A stretch of 64,000 nucleotides of DNA from assembly GCA_965213925.1 (NCBI GenBank), contig CBDCAM010000001.1, positions 32,001 to 96,000 on the forward strand, written 5' to 3'. Position numbers and translations under genes: made by a program. Under the pieces are notes generated by a model. The model saw only the letters and a program-made list of their open reading frames with translations. It was not told where the DNA came from and did not search any database. Of the stretch, positions 60,995 to 64,000 are shown piece after piece. Within the stretch, counting starts at the first letter, position 1. Each line of letters opens with the position of its first letter. This DNA comes from Trueperaceae bacterium (GTDB lineage Bacteria > Deinococcota > Deinococci > Deinococcales > Trueperaceae).

Positions 60995-61468
60995 TCACTG
61001 GTGAGACGTTGATGCCTCGATAAGCTCGAGCGCCTCTTCCAGAACTTCGTCTCGACCCTCACGCACACCCTCGAGGGTGTGCTCAACCGGCACCGTGGGC
61101 CGAATACCGATGAGGTGGTGCTGCGAGCCGTCATGCTTGATGACGCGCATCCCCGTCCACCGGACCGTGTAGTCGCCGGGGAGGGTAAAGGGGTTCACGT
61201 TGCCGTTGGCCCCCGCCGTCGGTCCTCCGACGATGTCTCCAAGCTTGTAATATTCCACGATGCCCATGGCGCTCTCGGCGTAGGAGATGGCGCGCGCGTC
61301 GGTGAGGAAAACAATCTTGCCGGTGAAATATGGGGCCTTGGGAGGAAGCGTCCAGCGACCCGAGGTGTCGTAGCCAGCTAGGTTCAGCCCGTCCGGGTAG
61401 ATGATCTCCGGCACCTCCCAGTGCGCCGAGCGTAAGGGCTTTTGCGTGAGGTAGCGCAGCACCTCATG
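60995..61468 (-). pseudogene. C-terminal fragment of an S41 family peptidase
   Basis: FLTD...ISYAES, VG.PTAG.NG, LPG, DGSQ...GI.P, GRD.VLE.A; N-terminal and PDZ part absent. Confidence 0.8.
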
Positions 61469-62557
61469 GTTTTAGAGGCACATAGAAGGATAGGATCCGC
61501 TAACGGCCGATGTTTCTCCAAGCCGCACCGACTCCGCACCGCCTATGAAGTTATGTGAAGTTATGCCTTGGAGCAGTTTTTCAGGTGCCGCCTGCACGAG
61601 AGCTTGGAGGCTTAGGGCTGACGCTTTGACCACCATGCCCGGCCCGACCATAAACCCGACCCCCTGCCTGTTTATGCTTGTGGAGAAAAGCTGCTTATCT
61701 CGGGCGTTACTCGAGGGGTCGCACTGGCTGTGAGGGTCGTCGGCAAAAGAACCGGGGGGAAGGACTTAGGGGTCCGGCGAGGCTCGCGCGCCCGCCTCGA
61801 GACCTTCAAAGCCGTGGCGCGGGGCCTGGCGGGACGAAAATGGCCCAAGCGAGAAGCGCAAAAAGCCGCCGATAAAGGCAGAAGAAGCGGGACCAAAAGA
61901 CGCGTGAAGAGGCGGGTAAAGGATCGGGTTTTCCCTCTTTTGCTAAGAAAACGCGCGCGAAAAGCGATATTTGAGTTGCATTTTGAGCTCCGCGAAGAGC
62001 AGCTCGGGCGTGGATCGAGGGGTGTGTTGGAAGTGATAAGAGGGTAAAAAAGTAGCCAAAAAGAGGACGCAATGACTAACTATTGACATAGTCTTGACCG
62101 AAGAAAAGTCCGAAACCTGTGGCACTCGGCGAGCGAAAGGGGCGTGAATCGAGGTGTCCCGATGTACTAAAATTCGGAGTGTATGTCATAGAAAGAGCTG
62201 CCCTAAGGAGGTCTATATACACCATGAGAAGAGATGAAAGGCGCAGATCTAAGCTTGCGCGGCGGAGGTAAAGGTGAGAGAACGCACGAGCCGGGAGGCG
62301 CGCGGCCGCAGCCCTCTCAAGCCGCGTTAAACTCCCCTGCCGGTCTTCAGGCCGGGACTTTGCGCGCCGGGCTTCAGGTTCGCCTCCGAAGTCACACCTT
62401 CGTCGAAACTAGGGGTTAGCCGTCCGGGGTGACCGGATCTCCCTTACCGCCTCTGGTGGTGCGCCGGAGGACAAAGGGTCAAGAACCCCTAATCACCCCC
62501 GGCCGGTTTGGGAACCCCAAGCTGCCTGGACCCGAAAGGCAGAACCCGGTGAGCGTA

Positions 62558-62975
62558 GGCTCGAGCAGTAAACGCCGCGGCTTGAAGCCAACTCGGCTAG
62601 CCTTGCCCATGGAGCAAAAGTCCTGCCAGGCCGACGCACGTGGAATGGCAAGGCCGACTCTTAAGGAGCGGAGAAAAGCCTTTATTAAGCCAAAATGAAG
62701 ACCACGGCGGCCTACAGCGAAGAGGGTTTTAGGCCGGAAGGGTCCGGGCCGTGGGGTTTTGAACTCCCTTTTCCTTACCATTTAGGGTTGGGCGGTGTTT
62801 TCTCTCATAATTGAAATTTGTGCGTCTAGCAAACAACCATTTAGGGTTTTAGGAAACCGTTTCTCATTCACCTTTAATAATCTTACCATTTGGGGTTCTC
62901 GCGTCTGAGACAGTGATACCCCAAATGGTGTGCGAATAGTGTACGTAAGTTCTTTTCTACCATTTGGGGTTGGGG
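62558..62975. repeat. Non-coding module copy 1 with ACCATTTRGGGTT boxes
   Basis: Boxes at 62777, 62836, 62885, 62959 and inverted at 62918-62929; colinear with copy 2 at offset about 1068. Confidence 0.9.
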
Positions 62976-63222
62976 CGGGCTCAGCGGGCGCCCTCTTCAA
63001 GCCCACTCCCACCGATTCCATACAACAAAAACGCCGGGTTGCTTTATGAAAAAACTGAGAGAGATTTGAGCATGGCGAGTATTTCTTGCGCCTCCACCAT
63101 CCGGGGGTAGATAGGTACGACGAGGCGGGGGTAGCGCGTTATTTCGGGGTAGTGTGACGTCGAGACTCGTAAGACGCGTCTTCGAACTGTCACGCCCCAC
63201 TGCCTTGCCTTACACTGCTTCT

Positions 63223-63399
63223 ATGCCCGTAGAACGCGCCGCCATGACGTCACCCTTTCCCGAGGGCTTCCAGGGGACCTGGGACGCGTTTCCCGGTCTA
63301 GCGGATAAGCCCCGGCTCCTCCTGGGCTACCGCCTGACCTGGAAGGATGCACAAGCAACGCGTAAGGGGAGCCCGCTTTTTTATCCTGTAAAGTCTTGA
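63223..63399 (+). CDS. Possible 58-aa leaderless small protein
   Basis: TACACT (63211)-6 nt-ATG. Confidence 0.3.
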   Translation: MPVERAAMTSPFPEGFQGTWDAFPGLADKPRLLLGYRLTWKDAQATRKGSPLFYPVKS

Positions 63400-63623
63400 G
63401 CTTGTGCGTCCTCTAGTAGCTGGCGACAAACGTCGTGATGGGTTCTGAAACGGACACCGAAAGTTTCTGCTGCCTCATACTACAGAGCACACCACGGATT
63501 CGGAGCCGCCTTCCGGGGTTCTCCCGAGTTCCGTTGCGCCTGTGCGGGAGCCGGGGCCGCGAGGAAAGACGCCCCAAAGGTCCGCGATAGGGAGTGCGGG
63601 CGCGGCCGTTAAGGCCGAGGTGG

Positions 63624-64000
63624 TGCTCGAGCCGTAGACGCTAGGGCCTAAAGTCGGCTTGGCCAACCTCGTTCACGGGGCACAAGCCTTGGAACCGGAC
63701 CACCACGCTAACGACATCAAATCCTGTTCGTATATGGCGGGGAAAGCATTTATTAAGCCTAGATGAAGAGTCTTGTGGCCCACTATGAAAAGAGTTCCAA
63801 AGCCGTAAAGGCCTAAATCTGAGCTTTTCGGCTCTCTTTTCCTTACCATTTGGGGTTGGGCGGTGTTTCCTCTCATAATCAGAGTTTGCGCGTCCAGCAA
63901 ACAACCATTTGTGGTTTTAGGAAACTCCCTTTCATCTCTTTTTAATAATCTTACCATTTGTGGTTCTAGCGTCTGGGACGGTGATACCACAAATGGTCTG
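63624..64000. repeat. Non-coding module copy 2 (runs off the window)
   Basis: Boxes at 63845, 63904, 63953 and inverted at 63986-63997. Confidence 0.9.

Noticed and set aside
61500..62560. Short ORFs such as 61730-62047 and 61806-62072
   Set aside because: Overlapping low-complexity frames with no motifs or clear translation signals; the region is left unexplained
62770..64000. CRISPR array
   Set aside because: Boxes are only 12-13 bp, unevenly spaced and partly inverted, the spacers are homologous between copies, and there are no cas genes
1..64000. tRNA, rRNA, integrase or conjugation genes
   Set aside because: None recognised by eye; a covariance-model scan would be needed to exclude small RNAs

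Overview
This is a 64-kb piece of a large, probably low-copy plasmid or chromid. The host is most likely Deinococcota (Truepera/Meiothermus/Deinococcus-like). That is an inference from repeated TANNNT-6nt-start leaderless genes and strong CTCGAG enrichment. Right part (about 52-64 kb) is the replicon backbone: parA-parB, a divergent Rep_3 initiator, an origin with six iterons phased at exactly 22 bp, a beta-CASP metallo-beta-lactamase nuclease with a non-canonical start, an XRE switch, and two diverged copies of a non-coding ACCATTT(G/A)(G/T)GGTT box module whose inverted repeat covaries between copies. Left part (1-43 kb) is accessory import and catabolism cargo: four Fe(II)/2-oxoglutarate oxygenase-like genes (2 PhyH, 2 JmjC/cupin-like paralogues), two DegT-type aminotransferases, two Gfo/Idh/MocA oxidoreductases, many metallohydrolases, one peptide-type and two sugar-type ABC importers, and a ROK/NagB-like/PIG-L/DUF4838 unit. 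Middle (43-52 kb) is a decayed defence island: an Avs3a-like gene with four separate lesions and a frameshifted RES toxin beside an intact antitoxin. IS5, IS6 (two), IS3, ISL3 and IS4 elements or remnants, a MITE and several deletion scars are present. No rRNA, tRNA or CRISPR array was seen. All product calls come from motif recognition by eye, not from database searches.
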